A DNA stretch of 64,000 bases from an uncultured Spirochaetales bacterium (lineage in GTDB: Bacteria > Spirochaetota > Spirochaetia > JABEVK01): positions 19,780 through 83,779 of the forward strand of contig CAYYUZ010000001.1 of NCBI GenBank assembly GCA_964475005.1. The letters run 5' to 3'. The translations under genes were made by a program, and so were the position numbers. The notes beneath the pieces are model-generated. The model was not told the DNA's origin. It made no database searches and was given only the letters and a program-made list of their open reading frames with translations. The stretch's first letter is position 1; every line of letters starts with the position of its first letter. Positions 36,416-45,747 of this stretch are shown here, piece by piece.

Positions 36416-36953
36416 GGCTTTCTTCGGGCACCCAAGGGCGGAATTTGAGCAAATGGTCGTCAACGTCCACTCGCAAGATGCTGTTGAAGATGTTGGTCGC
36501 GATCATGAGCCCCGCAAAGCCCGTCAGCACGGTCAGTTCCCGCTCGTTGTAGACCGCTTTGAGCCGCTCCAGAAGGTTGAGGGGGAACTGAGCGGCTTGA
36601 AGCGCCGCCGCACGACCAAAGTCGACCAAAAGTTGATCCTGGTCAGACAAAGCCAGAGCGTCCGGGTCTTCCCCGAGATCCTTGAGGTCTTTGCGAAAGT
36701 AGGTCGAGCACAGCAGGCATTCGTTCGCGGTGGAAATAGCGTGGCAAAACAGGATGACGCCTCGCTTGCCCACGATGGCCTCAGCTTCCTCCGCGACCGG
36801 ATACCATTCCTGATAGGCACGGTAGGTGGGCAGGTTGTGGAGCAAGGTCTTCTTCATGTTTGACACGGACCCGGCCTTGAGGACCTGCGCGTCCCAGGCT
36901 TCGCGGGTGGCGGCATCGGCGTGGACGTAGTCAGCGTAGCTGATCGTTCCCAT
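36408..36953 (-). CDS. carboxymuconolactone decarboxylase / AhpD-like (peroxidase-related) family protein
   Basis: CMD-domain with CxxC-like context (ECLLCSTY; FCHAISTANEC) typical of AhpD-like proteins. Confidence 0.6.
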   Translation of the reverse strand: MGTISYADYVHADAATREAWDAQVLKAGSVSNMKKTLLHNLPTYRAYQEWYPVAEEAEAIVGKRGVILFCHAISTANECLLCSTYFRKDLKDLGEDPDALALSDQDQLLVDFGRAAALQAAQFPLNLLERLKAVYNERELTVLTGFAGLMIATNIFNSILRVDVDDHLLKFRPWVPEESHG

Positions 36954-37053
36954 GGAGCTCTCCTCTTAATGACTATCGAAGTAGTAGGACATATATACTA
37001 AAATGTCAATCATCTATATTGACATTAGAAACAATGTTGAATACGGTGTGCCT
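36954..37053 (+). promoter_or_regulatory. AT-rich promoter region of metNIQ-like operon
   Basis: TATATTGACA (-35-like TTGACA) at about 37013-37022; the same 10-mer occurs upstream of the porin gene (about 42193-42202). TAGTA-N9-TACTA inverted repeat at about 36981-36999. Confidence 0.4.
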
Positions 37054-37833
37054 ATGATCGAAGTCCGTGGTCTCTCCAAAACCTTCTTCTCTCCCCAAGG
37101 TCCGGTGCTGGCCCTTCGTGACGTGAACCTTTCGATCAAGCCGGGGGAGATTTTTGGGATCGTAGGATTCTCCGGAGCCGGAAAATCGACCCTTTTGCGA
37201 TGCTTGAACCGTCTGGAGACTCCCGAAAGCGGCGTGATCGTCGTCGACTCCCACATCGTGGGAACGCTCGATGAGAGGGCCCTTGCCCGCTTTCGCCGCC
37301 GCGTCGGCATGATCTTTCAGCAGTTCAACCTTTTTGACAGCAGGACGGTCTCGGGAAACGTCGCCTTTCCGTTGGAGTGCGCCGGAGTCGCCGCGCGGCG
37401 TGTTCAATCGCGCGTGGACGAACTGCTCGATCTGGTGGGACTTTCAGACAAAGCTCGATCCTATCCGGGGCAGCTCTCCGGCGGACAAAAGCAGCGCGTC
37501 GGTATCGCGCGCGCCCTGGCCAACGATCCTGTGGTGCTCTTGTGCGACGAGGCAACCTCGGCGCTCGATCCCCAGACCACGATGTCCACGCTTGACCTTT
37601 TGGGCCGCCTGAATAAGTCGCTTGGATTGACGCTGGTGTTGGTGACCCACGAACTCGACCTTGTCGGAGCGTTTTGCGACCGCATGGCCGTAATGGACGC
37701 CGGAAGAATTGTGGAAGTCGGCACGGTGCGCAAGATCTTTAACGATCCCCAAAGCTCGACGGCGAGAAGTTTTGTCGGTATCACGCGCAGTCTGCAAGAA
37801 GGTCAGCTTTACCGCGACGGAGCCGGTGTATGA
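37054..37833 (+). CDS. metN: methionine-type ABC transporter ATP-binding protein (MetN-like, lacking C-terminal NIL domain)
   Basis: Walker A GFSGAGKST, signature LSGGQKQR, Walker B LLCDEATSALD. About 259 aa, so no regulatory C2/NIL domain. Start at ATG 37054 (MIEVRGLSK) preferred over 37003. Confidence 0.7.
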   Translation: MIEVRGLSKTFFSPQGPVLALRDVNLSIKPGEIFGIVGFSGAGKSTLLRCLNRLETPESGVIVVDSHIVGTLDERALARFRRRVGMIFQQFNLFDSRTVSGNVAFPLECAGVAARRVQSRVDELLDLVGLSDKARSYPGQLSGGQKQRVGIARALANDPVVLLCDEATSALDPQTTMSTLDLLGRLNKSLGLTLVLVTHELDLVGAFCDRMAVMDAGRIVEVGTVRKIFNDPQSSTARSFVGITRSLQEGQLYRDGAGV

Positions 37834-38498
37834 CCAGTGACTTGTTTGATCTCTTGGTTCAGGCTCTGGGTGAAACCCTGTACATGACCGCACTTTCAAG
37901 TGTGATCGGATTGGCGCTCGGGTTGCCGCTGGGAATCGTCTTGACCGTGACCGGACGCGGGCACCTGGCCGCCTCCCCCTGGTGGAACAAAGGTTTGGGC
38001 CTTGTCATCAATCTGACGAGGTCCTTTCCCTCGATCATTCTCATCATTGTGGCGCTTCCGTTGTCCCGGTTTTTGGTGGGAACGACTCTGGGAGCCACGG
38101 CTGCCTTGGTTCCTCTAAGCCTGAGCGCCGCTCCGTTTTTGGCCCGCATCATCGAAGGCGCTCTCAAAGAAGTCGACAAAGGAAAGATCGAAGCCGCACT
38201 GGCCGGTGGTGCGCGGCGCGGGCAGGCCGTCCTGAGAATCCTTCTGCCCGAGGCCCTGCCGTCCTTGATCCGCGGAATCACGCTCTCGGTCATTTCGATC
38301 TTGGGACTGACCGCCATTGCCGGCGCCATCGGTTCCGGCGGGCTGGGAAGTTTGGCCATTCGGTTCGGCTACATGCGCTTTCGCGACGACGTCATGGTCG
38401 CCACCGTCATCGTGTTGGTGGTCCTTGTTCAGGGAATTCAAACGTCGGGAGATCTCATCGCCCGGCACATTAGCAAAAGGAGGCACGTGTATGAATGA
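37830..38498 (+). CDS. metI: methionine-type ABC transporter permease (MetI-like)
   Basis: 5-TM BPD_transp_1 permease of MetI size (222 aa); ATGA overlap with the metN stop. Confidence 0.75.
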   Translation: MTSDLFDLLVQALGETLYMTALSSVIGLALGLPLGIVLTVTGRGHLAASPWWNKGLGLVINLTRSFPSIILIIVALPLSRFLVGTTLGATAALVPLSLSAAPFLARIIEGALKEVDKGKIEAALAGGARRGQAVLRILLPEALPSLIRGITLSVISILGLTAIAGAIGSGGLGSLAIRFGYMRFRDDVMVATVIVLVVLVQGIQTSGDLIARHISKRRHVYE

Positions 38499-38599
38499 CC
38501 GGCGTTGTTGTCGGGCGCGGCCGCTCTGATCCGCCCGCCCACCAGGGGTTCTGGTGTTCTAAAGACTACTAAAACCATGTTTTCAATAGGAGATAACTC

Positions 38600-39379
38600 A
38601 TGAAGAAGCTCATTGTCGCCGTGTTGCTGGCCGCTCTGGTCAGCCTGCCCTCGTTTGCCGATTCCATCTTGAAAGTCGGCTCCGCCGTCACTCCCCATAG
38701 CGAAATTTTGACGTTTGTCAAAGACAAACTCAAGGCGCAAGGTATCGACCTCCAGGTCGTCATCCTCGACGACGAGGGCCAGCTCAACCCCGCCCTCGCA
38801 GAAAAGCAGATCGACGCCAACTACTTTCAGCACGTTCCCTACCTGGAATCGGTCTCCAAAGAGAAGGGTTACAAGTTCGTCAACGCCGGCAACATCCACG
38901 TCGAACCGATCGGGTTTTATTCCTTGAAGTGGAAGAACAAGGCCGATTTGAAGACCGGCGCCAAGATCGGCATTCCGAACAACCCCTCCAATGAGTACCG
39001 CGCCTTGGTTCTCCTCGAAACCCAAGGGCTGATCAAGCTGAAGAAGGGCATCGCCAACTTCAGCGCCACCCCCAAGGACATCGCCGAGAACCCGAAGAAG
39101 TTCGAGTTCATTGAGGTCGATGCGGCCCAATTGCCTCGCTCGCTTCCCGACCTCGATGGCGCGGTGATCAACACCAACATCGTGCTTGAGGCCAAGCTTG
39201 ACCCGAATTCGGCGCTCTTCCGCGAAGACGCTCGTTCACCCTACGCTAACATCATCACGGTGCGCGCTGGAGACGAGAAGCGGCCCGAAATCGTTAAGCT
39301 CGTGAAGGTCCTTCAGAGCAAGGAAGTAGCCGCTTTCATCAAGACCAAGTACGGCGTGGCGGTCGTTCCGGCGTTCTAA
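38600..39379 (+). CDS. metQ: MetQ/NlpA-family methionine-binding lipoprotein
   Basis: Signal peptide MKKLIVAVLLAALVSLPSFA; NlpA-family blocks (NYFQH.PYL, IGIPNNPSNE, ANIITVR). Confidence 0.8.
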   Translation: MKKLIVAVLLAALVSLPSFADSILKVGSAVTPHSEILTFVKDKLKAQGIDLQVVILDDEGQLNPALAEKQIDANYFQHVPYLESVSKEKGYKFVNAGNIHVEPIGFYSLKWKNKADLKTGAKIGIPNNPSNEYRALVLLETQGLIKLKKGIANFSATPKDIAENPKKFEFIEVDAAQLPRSLPDLDGAVINTNIVLEAKLDPNSALFREDARSPYANIITVRAGDEKRPEIVKLVKVLQSKEVAAFIKTKYGVAVVPAF

Positions 39380-39388
39380 TCAGGCAAA

Positions 39389-39415
39389 ACGGGGCTGGAC
39401 CTCCGTTCAGCCCCT
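39389..39415. terminator. bidirectional rho-independent terminator between convergent metQ and rhodanese genes
   Basis: GGGGCTG...CAGCCCC stem (39391-39397 / 39408-39414) flanked by AAAAC upstream and TTCCTTT downstream, giving a U-run on both strands. Confidence 0.55.
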
Positions 39416-39419
39416 TCCT

Positions 39420-41195
39420 TTATTCGACCCCGATACGCGAAACAGGAAAATCGTCCTGTTTGCTCCATTCATTCCACGAGCCTTCGTAGTTGAGCGGTTT
39501 GTCGTAGGCCAAGGCGTCGAGGATAAGCGTGTAGACCGCCGCCCGAAACCCACCCTCGCAATAGGCATAGACCGTTTGGTTTCTCGTCAGCCCCTTGGAT
39601 TCGAGCAGTGCCAGCAGTTGTTCCGGATTCTTGAGGACTTGAACGGGACGACCTTCCTGAAAACTGCTGGGAACGACTCGGCCCGAGGAGTCACGAAAAT
39701 CGGTATAGAGTGAGTCGTACTCGACCAGGATGGCTCGGGGAATATGGCCCGCGCGGGCCCCGAAGGACGGATCAAGGAGTGTGGTTCCCTCGTATTCTTC
39801 CTTGGTTCGAATGTCGGCTATGGTCACTTCTCCGGGCGAATCGAGAACTTGCAAGAGTTGATCCTTGGTAGCGAGCAACCGAGCGAAGGCCGCAGGAGGA
39901 TACGAGGCAAGGGCCCTGACGGGAAGTCTGGGCACGGTTTCGAGGGCACGACCGTCCACATCTTTCCATTTGTCGATGCCGCCATCGATAATCCAGGCGC
40001 TCTCGTGTCCCAAGGACCGGAGCATCCAAGGAAATCGCCCGGCGTACGAACTGGTGTCGTAGTCATAGGCAACCACCCATGAGGATGGCCTGATTCCTGC
40101 GCTCGTCAGCAGTTCTGCAAAATGTTCCGGTTGAGGAAGGCTGTATTTGATCACCTTGCCGTCGGGCTGAGTCCTCGTTGAATAATACTGATTCCTTGGA
40201 ATGTTGATTGCTCCGGGAATATGGCCCTGGCTGTACTCCTCGGGGCTACGCACATCAATCAAAACCAGGCGCGGATCACTGAGATGGGCCGCCAGCCAAT
40301 CGGTGGAAACAAAGGCACCGAAGGTTCGTGTATCCTTGAGCTTTGTTGAGGGTATTCCCGCCTCCAACGGCGTGTCGTCACGGTTTCCCCATTCTTCCCA
40401 GGACCCATCGTAGTTTCTGACGTTGGTCACCCCGGCGCGTTGAAGCGACAGCAAGGCGTGCGCCGCTCTGACTCCCGACTGGCAGTAGGTAATGACCTCG
40501 GTTTCAGGATTGATCCCGAGCGTTGCCAATTCCTGGGCTATAGACGTAGGGCTTCGCAGGGTCAGTCCATCGTCTTCCAGGCTTCGAGACCATTCCCACC
40601 AAACGGAATTGGGAATCCTGCCGGCGCGTTTGGCGCGTCTATCCGTACCCAGAAACTCTGCCTCTGAGCGCGTATCGAGTAGCACCGTTGCCGAGGCCTT
40701 GCCTTGCACGTCGGCCAGGGTGGCATACCATTTGCGTTCTCGTGGCAAGGTGAGCTTTGTCGGCTTTGGTGAATCGCCCGACCCTTGGTTGACGGGAAGA
40801 CCGGCCGACTTCCAAGTGGCTAGCCCTCCTTCGAGTAGGGCAACACTTTGCCATCCGGCAACACTCAGCGCCCAGGCCAAACGTGCCGCGTAGAGACCGT
40901 TGCCGGCATCGTAGACCAACGCCGGACGCGCCGGATCGAAACCTTGTCCTTCGAGAGCCTGGGCCAAAGCCGCCATTGCTGGAAGCATTCCCTGAACTCC
41001 TTCCACCTCGGTCCACACAAGGTTCTTCTCGACATGCTGAGCCCCAGGGAGGTGTCCAAGCTCGAAATCGGTGAGCAGGCGCCCGTAATCGAAGACTTGA
41101 AAAGGCTGGGACCAACGTCCGTCTTGCCAGACGTCCCGAGCCCCAAGAAACACCGCGAGACCTTCGTAATTTAGATTCGTTATCAACTTGACCAT
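39420..41195 (-). CDS. multi-domain rhodanese (four tandem rhodanese modules; thiosulfate/3-mercaptopyruvate sulfurtransferase-like)
   Basis: Active-site CQSGVRAA and CEGGFRAA (CxxGxR) loops in modules 2 and 4; SseA/TST-like tandem architecture duplicated. Start ATG 41195 preferred, but RBS spacing is poor; start uncertain. Confidence 0.75.
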   Translation of the reverse strand: MVKLITNLNYEGLAVFLGARDVWQDGRWSQPFQVFDYGRLLTDFELGHLPGAQHVEKNLVWTEVEGVQGMLPAMAALAQALEGQGFDPARPALVYDAGNGLYAARLAWALSVAGWQSVALLEGGLATWKSAGLPVNQGSGDSPKPTKLTLPRERKWYATLADVQGKASATVLLDTRSEAEFLGTDRRAKRAGRIPNSVWWEWSRSLEDDGLTLRSPTSIAQELATLGINPETEVITYCQSGVRAAHALLSLQRAGVTNVRNYDGSWEEWGNRDDTPLEAGIPSTKLKDTRTFGAFVSTDWLAAHLSDPRLVLIDVRSPEEYSQGHIPGAINIPRNQYYSTRTQPDGKVIKYSLPQPEHFAELLTSAGIRPSSWVVAYDYDTSSYAGRFPWMLRSLGHESAWIIDGGIDKWKDVDGRALETVPRLPVRALASYPPAAFARLLATKDQLLQVLDSPGEVTIADIRTKEEYEGTTLLDPSFGARAGHIPRAILVEYDSLYTDFRDSSGRVVPSSFQEGRPVQVLKNPEQLLALLESKGLTRNQTVYAYCEGGFRAAVYTLILDALAYDKPLNYEGSWNEWSKQDDFPVSRIGVE

Positions 41196-41247
41196 CCTCC
41201 CGGGCAAGACGTAGTCTCTTATCTATACTTTGTCAATAGGATTACTC

Positions 41248-42144
41248 ATGAACAAGGAAATTCTCTATCCGACCGTTCTTGATCTCGTCGGCAAGACTCC
41301 ACTCGTGCGCCTGCAGAATTTGGGCACCAGGAGGAATCTGCTGCTCGCCAAGCTTGAGGGAAACAACCCCGCTGGTTCGGTGAAAGACCGGCCAGCTCTG
41401 AGCATGATTTCCCGAGCCGAAGCTGCCGGGAGAATCCGACCCGGGGACCGCCTCTTAGAGGCCACCAGCGGCAACACCGGCATCGCGTTGGCGATGGTGG
41501 CCGCGCTCAAGGGCTACCGCATCACGCTCTTTATGCCGGAAAGCGCCAGTCTGGAACGCCGACAGACCATGACCGCCTACGGCGCCGAGCTTGAGCTCAC
41601 CCCTAAGGAACTGAGTATGGAGGGCGCCATCGATCGAGCCAGAGAATGGGAGGCCTCGGGGCGCGGGGTGATCCTTGACCAGTTTGCCAACCCAGACAAT
41701 CCCCGCGCGCATTTTGAGACAACCGGACCCGAGATTTGGGATCAAACGGCGGGGAGCATCACTCATTTTGTGGCCTCGACGGGGACCACCGGGACCTTGA
41801 TGGGAACCGGGAGAGCTTTGAAACAACGGAACCCCGACGTTCAGATTGTCGGTGCCGTTCCCGCCGAGGGGGCGTGCATCCCAGGCATTCGAAAGTGGTC
41901 TGAAGCCTACCAGCCAAAGATCTACCACGCGGAAGAACTTGATAGGAGCATCGTGGTCGCGCAAAAGGATGCCGAAGAAACCATGAAGCTTGCTGGACGA
42001 AAGGAAGGTCTTCTCATTGGGCCTTCCTCGGGCGGAAACCTGTGGGCAACACTCCAACTGGATGCTGAACTCAGCGGGGCAGTGATCGTGTGGGTCGTTT
42101 GCGACCGCGGTGACCGGTATCTATCGACAGGCGTCTTTTCCTAG
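41248..42144 (+). CDS. cysM: cysteine synthase B (thiosulfate/sulfide-utilising O-acetylserine sulfhydrylase)
   Basis: Near-colinear with CysM: [45 protein letters not shown]-terminal CDRGDRYLSTGVF. AGGA RBS before ATG 41248. Confidence 0.85.
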   Translation: MNKEILYPTVLDLVGKTPLVRLQNLGTRRNLLLAKLEGNNPAGSVKDRPALSMISRAEAAGRIRPGDRLLEATSGNTGIALAMVAALKGYRITLFMPESASLERRQTMTAYGAELELTPKELSMEGAIDRAREWEASGRGVILDQFANPDNPRAHFETTGPEIWDQTAGSITHFVASTGTTGTLMGTGRALKQRNPDVQIVGAVPAEGACIPGIRKWSEAYQPKIYHAEELDRSIVVAQKDAEETMKLAGRKEGLLIGPSSGGNLWATLQLDAELSGAVIVWVVCDRGDRYLSTGVFS

Positions 42145-42280
42145 TCTTGTGAGAGGAGTGCTCTGGACTCCCTTTTATTCTACTATTTTAATCAGGTATA
42201 TTGACACATTCAAAAATATAGTCTAGTGAGTAAGTCAACAACGAGAGCGCGCACAAGCGTTCTTATCAAAGGAGATTTCC
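42145..42280 (+). promoter_or_regulatory. AT-rich promoter region upstream of porin gene
   Basis: TATATTGACA at about 42193-42202 (-35-like), preceded by an AT tract; AAAGGAG RBS before GTG 42281. Confidence 0.35.
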
Positions 42281-43375
42281 GTGAAGAAGACTTTGTTGAC
42301 TTTCCTGCTTGTCGGCCTCGTGGCTGCAGGCTTTGCCCAATCGGCTCCGGCCCCCCAGAATCAGATCGACGCCGGCGCCGGGTTCTACTACACCGACCCG
42401 ACAGGTGTGTACAGCAATTTCTTGGCGAGCAAGACCAACGGACAAACAGCCAAGTACTCGCCGACGCTGAACTGGAACGGCAAGTACACCTACACGTTGC
42501 CGTTGGATAGTGCCGATACTCTGAAGTTCGCCCTGGCCGACGATGGCTGGTTCGGGCTCTATTCCGGGTCGAGCAACACCGCCGTGGGATCCGGACAAAA
42601 CGCCGGTAAAATCACACCGGCGGCCGAATACCTGGGTTACGGCGCCGACGTGACGCTCTCTCTCCCAATCTACTACTTGTCTCCTGCCGACGTCGGGGGC
42701 TACAACACTCTGAAGTACGCCTACAAGGAAGCCGGCTACCTGCCGATCGGGCCCGCCACTTCGACTGGCAACTATCCTTTGAGTTCGAATTCCGTCGTGG
42801 CAGCCACGAACCTGAACGCCGTTTACAAATACAGTTTCGACAAAACGACTTGGGTCTCGGGAGGATTTTCGACTCTCCTGGCCTTGAATCCGACACCGTG
42901 GCTGACCTCGTTCCTGCCCAAGGTTTCTGGCGGCGCCTACGGTGTGCAGCTCGATGTTCAGTTCGACGACTACAACGCCTACAACAACGGCGGCGACGCG
43001 GCTTACTACGACCTGTACTTGGAGCCCAAGCTGACTTACGACCTCGGCTTCCTCCAACTGGTTCCCAATCTGAAGCCCTACGTCTCCTCGCGCCTGTCGC
43101 TAGCGACAAGCAACCCAGTTTATACAGTCAAAGGTTCTGCCCAGCCGTTCCACGACTCGTTTATCCAGCCGGGATTGGCCTACTCGTACACGTTCCCCCA
43201 GATTGGCACCTTTGGGATCGACGCGGGATGGAGGTTTGCCAAGTTTGACAACGTCGGCAGCTTCAACGCTGCCGGAACTGGGTATTCCAACAATGTGGTT
43301 ACCAACAGTAACAAGAATGACGTCGTTCCTTATTCCGACCTCCGGATTGCCCTAAGTTACACCTACAAGTTCTGA
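42281..43375 (+). CDS. outer-membrane beta-barrel protein (putative porin)
   Basis: Signal peptide MKKTLLTFLLVGLVAAGFAQ. Alternating amphipathic strands rich in Y/G/T. C-terminal YTYKF ending in Phe (OMP sorting signal). Confidence 0.65.
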   Translation: MKKTLLTFLLVGLVAAGFAQSAPAPQNQIDAGAGFYYTDPTGVYSNFLASKTNGQTAKYSPTLNWNGKYTYTLPLDSADTLKFALADDGWFGLYSGSSNTAVGSGQNAGKITPAAEYLGYGADVTLSLPIYYLSPADVGGYNTLKYAYKEAGYLPIGPATSTGNYPLSSNSVVAATNLNAVYKYSFDKTTWVSGGFSTLLALNPTPWLTSFLPKVSGGAYGVQLDVQFDDYNAYNNGGDAAYYDLYLEPKLTYDLGFLQLVPNLKPYVSSRLSLATSNPVYTVKGSAQPFHDSFIQPGLAYSYTFPQIGTFGIDAGWRFAKFDNVGSFNAAGTGYSNNVVTNSNKNDVVPYSDLRIALSYTYKF

Positions 43376-43464
43376 GCCCATCCTCACCCTCGAACTCCCC
43401 TGTCTTGACGTTCCTTCTCGGGCAGGGTAGATTCATAGGCATAATCTTAACTAAGGGGATTGAC

Positions 43465-44229
43465 ATGAAAAAGTATCTGATTTTTGCGGCGGTGTTGCTG
43501 CTGGCTGGCGGGCTTTTCGCCCAAGACAAGGACCTCGAGGCCATCAAGAAGGCCGGTGTCTGGAAGGTTGGCACCGAGGGCACTTACCCACCGTTCACGT
43601 TTCACGACGCTTCGGGCAAGCTCGTCGGTTTCGACGTGGAGATCGCCCAGGAGGTCGGCAAAAAGCTCGGCGTGAAAACCGAATTCGTCGAAGGAAAGTG
43701 GGACGGGCTGATCGCCGGCGTCGATGTGCGACGCTACGACGCCGTGGTGAACGAAGTCACCATCACCGAGGCCCGGAAGGCCAAGTACGACTTCAGCGAC
43801 TCCTACATCGTTTCGAAAGCGGTTCTAATCGTCAAGGCCGACAACTCGACCATTCACTCCTTTGCCGACGTGAAGGGCAAGAAACTTGGCCAGTCGCTCA
43901 CCAGCAACTTTGGCAAGCTGGCCAAGGACAACGGCGCCGAAGTCGTGGCGGTCGACGGCTTCAACCAATCGATCGACCTTTTGCTTTCGGGCCGTATCGA
44001 CGGAACCTTCAACGACAGCCTTTCCTACTATGACTTTGCCAAGCAGAAGCCCGACGCCAAGCTCAAGATCGCTGCCAGCCAGTCCGATGTGGACGCTCAA
44101 GGGATTCTTGTCCGCAAGGGCGAGTCCAAACTCCTGTCAGCGCTGAACAAGGCGTTGGCCGACCTCAAGGCCGACGGCACCTACGCCAAGATCAGTCAGA
44201 AGTATTTCGGCGCCGACGTCTCGAAGTAA
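43465..44229 (+). CDS. amino-acid ABC transporter substrate-binding protein (family 3 SBP; cystine/TcyA-FliY-like)
   Basis: Signal peptide MKKYLIFAAVLLLAGGLFAQ; SBP_bac_3 blocks (GTEGTYPPF, GFDVEIA). Confidence 0.7.
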   Translation: MKKYLIFAAVLLLAGGLFAQDKDLEAIKKAGVWKVGTEGTYPPFTFHDASGKLVGFDVEIAQEVGKKLGVKTEFVEGKWDGLIAGVDVRRYDAVVNEVTITEARKAKYDFSDSYIVSKAVLIVKADNSTIHSFADVKGKKLGQSLTSNFGKLAKDNGAEVVAVDGFNQSIDLLLSGRIDGTFNDSLSYYDFAKQKPDAKLKIAASQSDVDAQGILVRKGESKLLSALNKALADLKADGTYAKISQKYFGADVSK

Positions 44230-44247
44230 GTTTAGGAAAGCCACACC

Positions 44248-44928
44248 ATGCCCCACTGGTTGGAGATCCTTCGGGACGCCTTCCTGCCGCTGTTGGCCGC
44301 CGGCGCGGCTTTCACCATTCCCCTCGCGCTGCTATCATTTGTCATCGGACTGGTTCTAGGACTGTTAACCGCGCTGGGTCGGGCCTTTGGTCCGGCTCCG
44401 TTTTCGCTCCTGGCCCGTTTCTACGTTTGGATCATCCGAGGAACGCCTCTTTTGGTCCAACTCTTTCTGATTTTCTATGGTCTGCCCGCGGTCGGCATCG
44501 TGATCGATGCCTTTCCTGCCGCGCTGATCGGGTTCTCGCTCAACATGGGCGCCTACACGAGCGAGATCATCCGCGCGGCCATCGCCTCGGTGCCTCAGGG
44601 GCAGTGGGAGGCCAGTTTTTCTGTCGGGATGACCTGGAGCCAGGCGTTGCGCCGGACGATTCTGCCGCAGGCGGCGAGGGTCGCGACGCCTCCTCTGGCC
44701 AACAGCTTCATCTCGTTGGTCAAAGACACCTCGCTCGCGGCCGCGATCACGGTCACCGAAATGTTCCAAACGGCGCAGCGCATCGCCGCCGCCAACTACG
44801 AACCGCTGATCCTCTACAGCGAGGCCGCCGTTCTTTATCTGGCCTTCTGTTCCGTGCTTTCGGCCCTGCAAAACCGGCTTGAAACCCGGCTGGGTAGGCA
44901 CTTGAGTCCGCTTGAGGTGGTGCGATGA
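44248..44928 (+). CDS. amino-acid ABC transporter permease (His/Glu/Gln/Arg/opine family; TcyB-like)
   Basis: HEQRo-permease motifs (IIRGTPLLVQLF..., EAA-loop region SEIIRAAIASVP). Confidence 0.75.
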   Translation: MPHWLEILRDAFLPLLAAGAAFTIPLALLSFVIGLVLGLLTALGRAFGPAPFSLLARFYVWIIRGTPLLVQLFLIFYGLPAVGIVIDAFPAALIGFSLNMGAYTSEIIRAAIASVPQGQWEASFSVGMTWSQALRRTILPQAARVATPPLANSFISLVKDTSLAAAITVTEMFQTAQRIAAANYEPLILYSEAAVLYLAFCSVLSALQNRLETRLGRHLSPLEVVR

Positions 44929-45668
44929 TCCGCCTGACAGGAATCGAAAAAGCGTTTGGTTCTACGGTCGTCCTTCACGGCGTCGATCTCGAAGTGAAAG
45001 AGGGAACCGTGACCGCGCTGATCGGCCCCTCGGGAGGCGGCAAGAGCACGCTCTTGCGCTGCGTGAATCTGCTCGAAAGGCCGCGCGCCGGCCGCCTCGA
45101 ACTGGGCGACCTGACGGTCGTGTTTCACGGCGACCATCCAGTCGCCCGCGAACAGCTCCATGAGGTCCGGCAGAGAACCGGCACGGTCTTTCAGGCGTTC
45201 CACCTGTTTCCCCACCGGACAGCCCTGGGCAACGTCATTGAAGGCCTGCTGACGGTGCAGAAAAGGCCCCGTCAAGAAGCCGAAGCTCGGGGGAGGGCGC
45301 TCCTCGACCGGGTTGGGCTTTTGGCGAAACAAGACGCCTATCCTGGGCAACTCTCAGGCGGCCAACAGCAACGAGTCGCCATTGCCCGGGCCTTGGCGGG
45401 CAATCCCCGCGTGCTTCTTTGTGACGAACCGACTTCGGCTCTCGACCCCGAATTGGCCCGCGAAGTCGTCGAGGTGCTCACCTCGCTGGCCCGCGACGGC
45501 ATCACCATGATTGTCGCCACCCACGACTTGAGGCTGGCTGCCAACGTTGCTGGGCAAGTGGCTTTCCTGGAATCGGGTCGGGTTGTCGAGTTGGGAACCT
45601 CCGAGCAAGTTCTCCGGAACCCCATGATTTCGCGCACTCGCGAATTCGTTTCCTCTATTTCACATTAA
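44925..45668 (+). CDS. amino-acid ABC transporter ATP-binding protein (TcyC/GlnQ-like)
   Basis: Walker A GPSGGGKST, signature LSGGQQQR, Walker B LLCDEPTSALD; ATGA overlap with the permease stop. Confidence 0.85.
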   Translation: MIRLTGIEKAFGSTVVLHGVDLEVKEGTVTALIGPSGGGKSTLLRCVNLLERPRAGRLELGDLTVVFHGDHPVAREQLHEVRQRTGTVFQAFHLFPHRTALGNVIEGLLTVQKRPRQEAEARGRALLDRVGLLAKQDAYPGQLSGGQQQRVAIARALAGNPRVLLCDEPTSALDPELAREVVEVLTSLARDGITMIVATHDLRLAANVAGQVAFLESGRVVELGTSEQVLRNPMISRTREFVSSISH

Positions 45669-45747
45669 ATCACACGAGATAGTTGACAATCGCAATCGAC
45701 TTTAATATCCTACTAAAACGATCATATAAGTAGTTCGTGAGGAAGGG

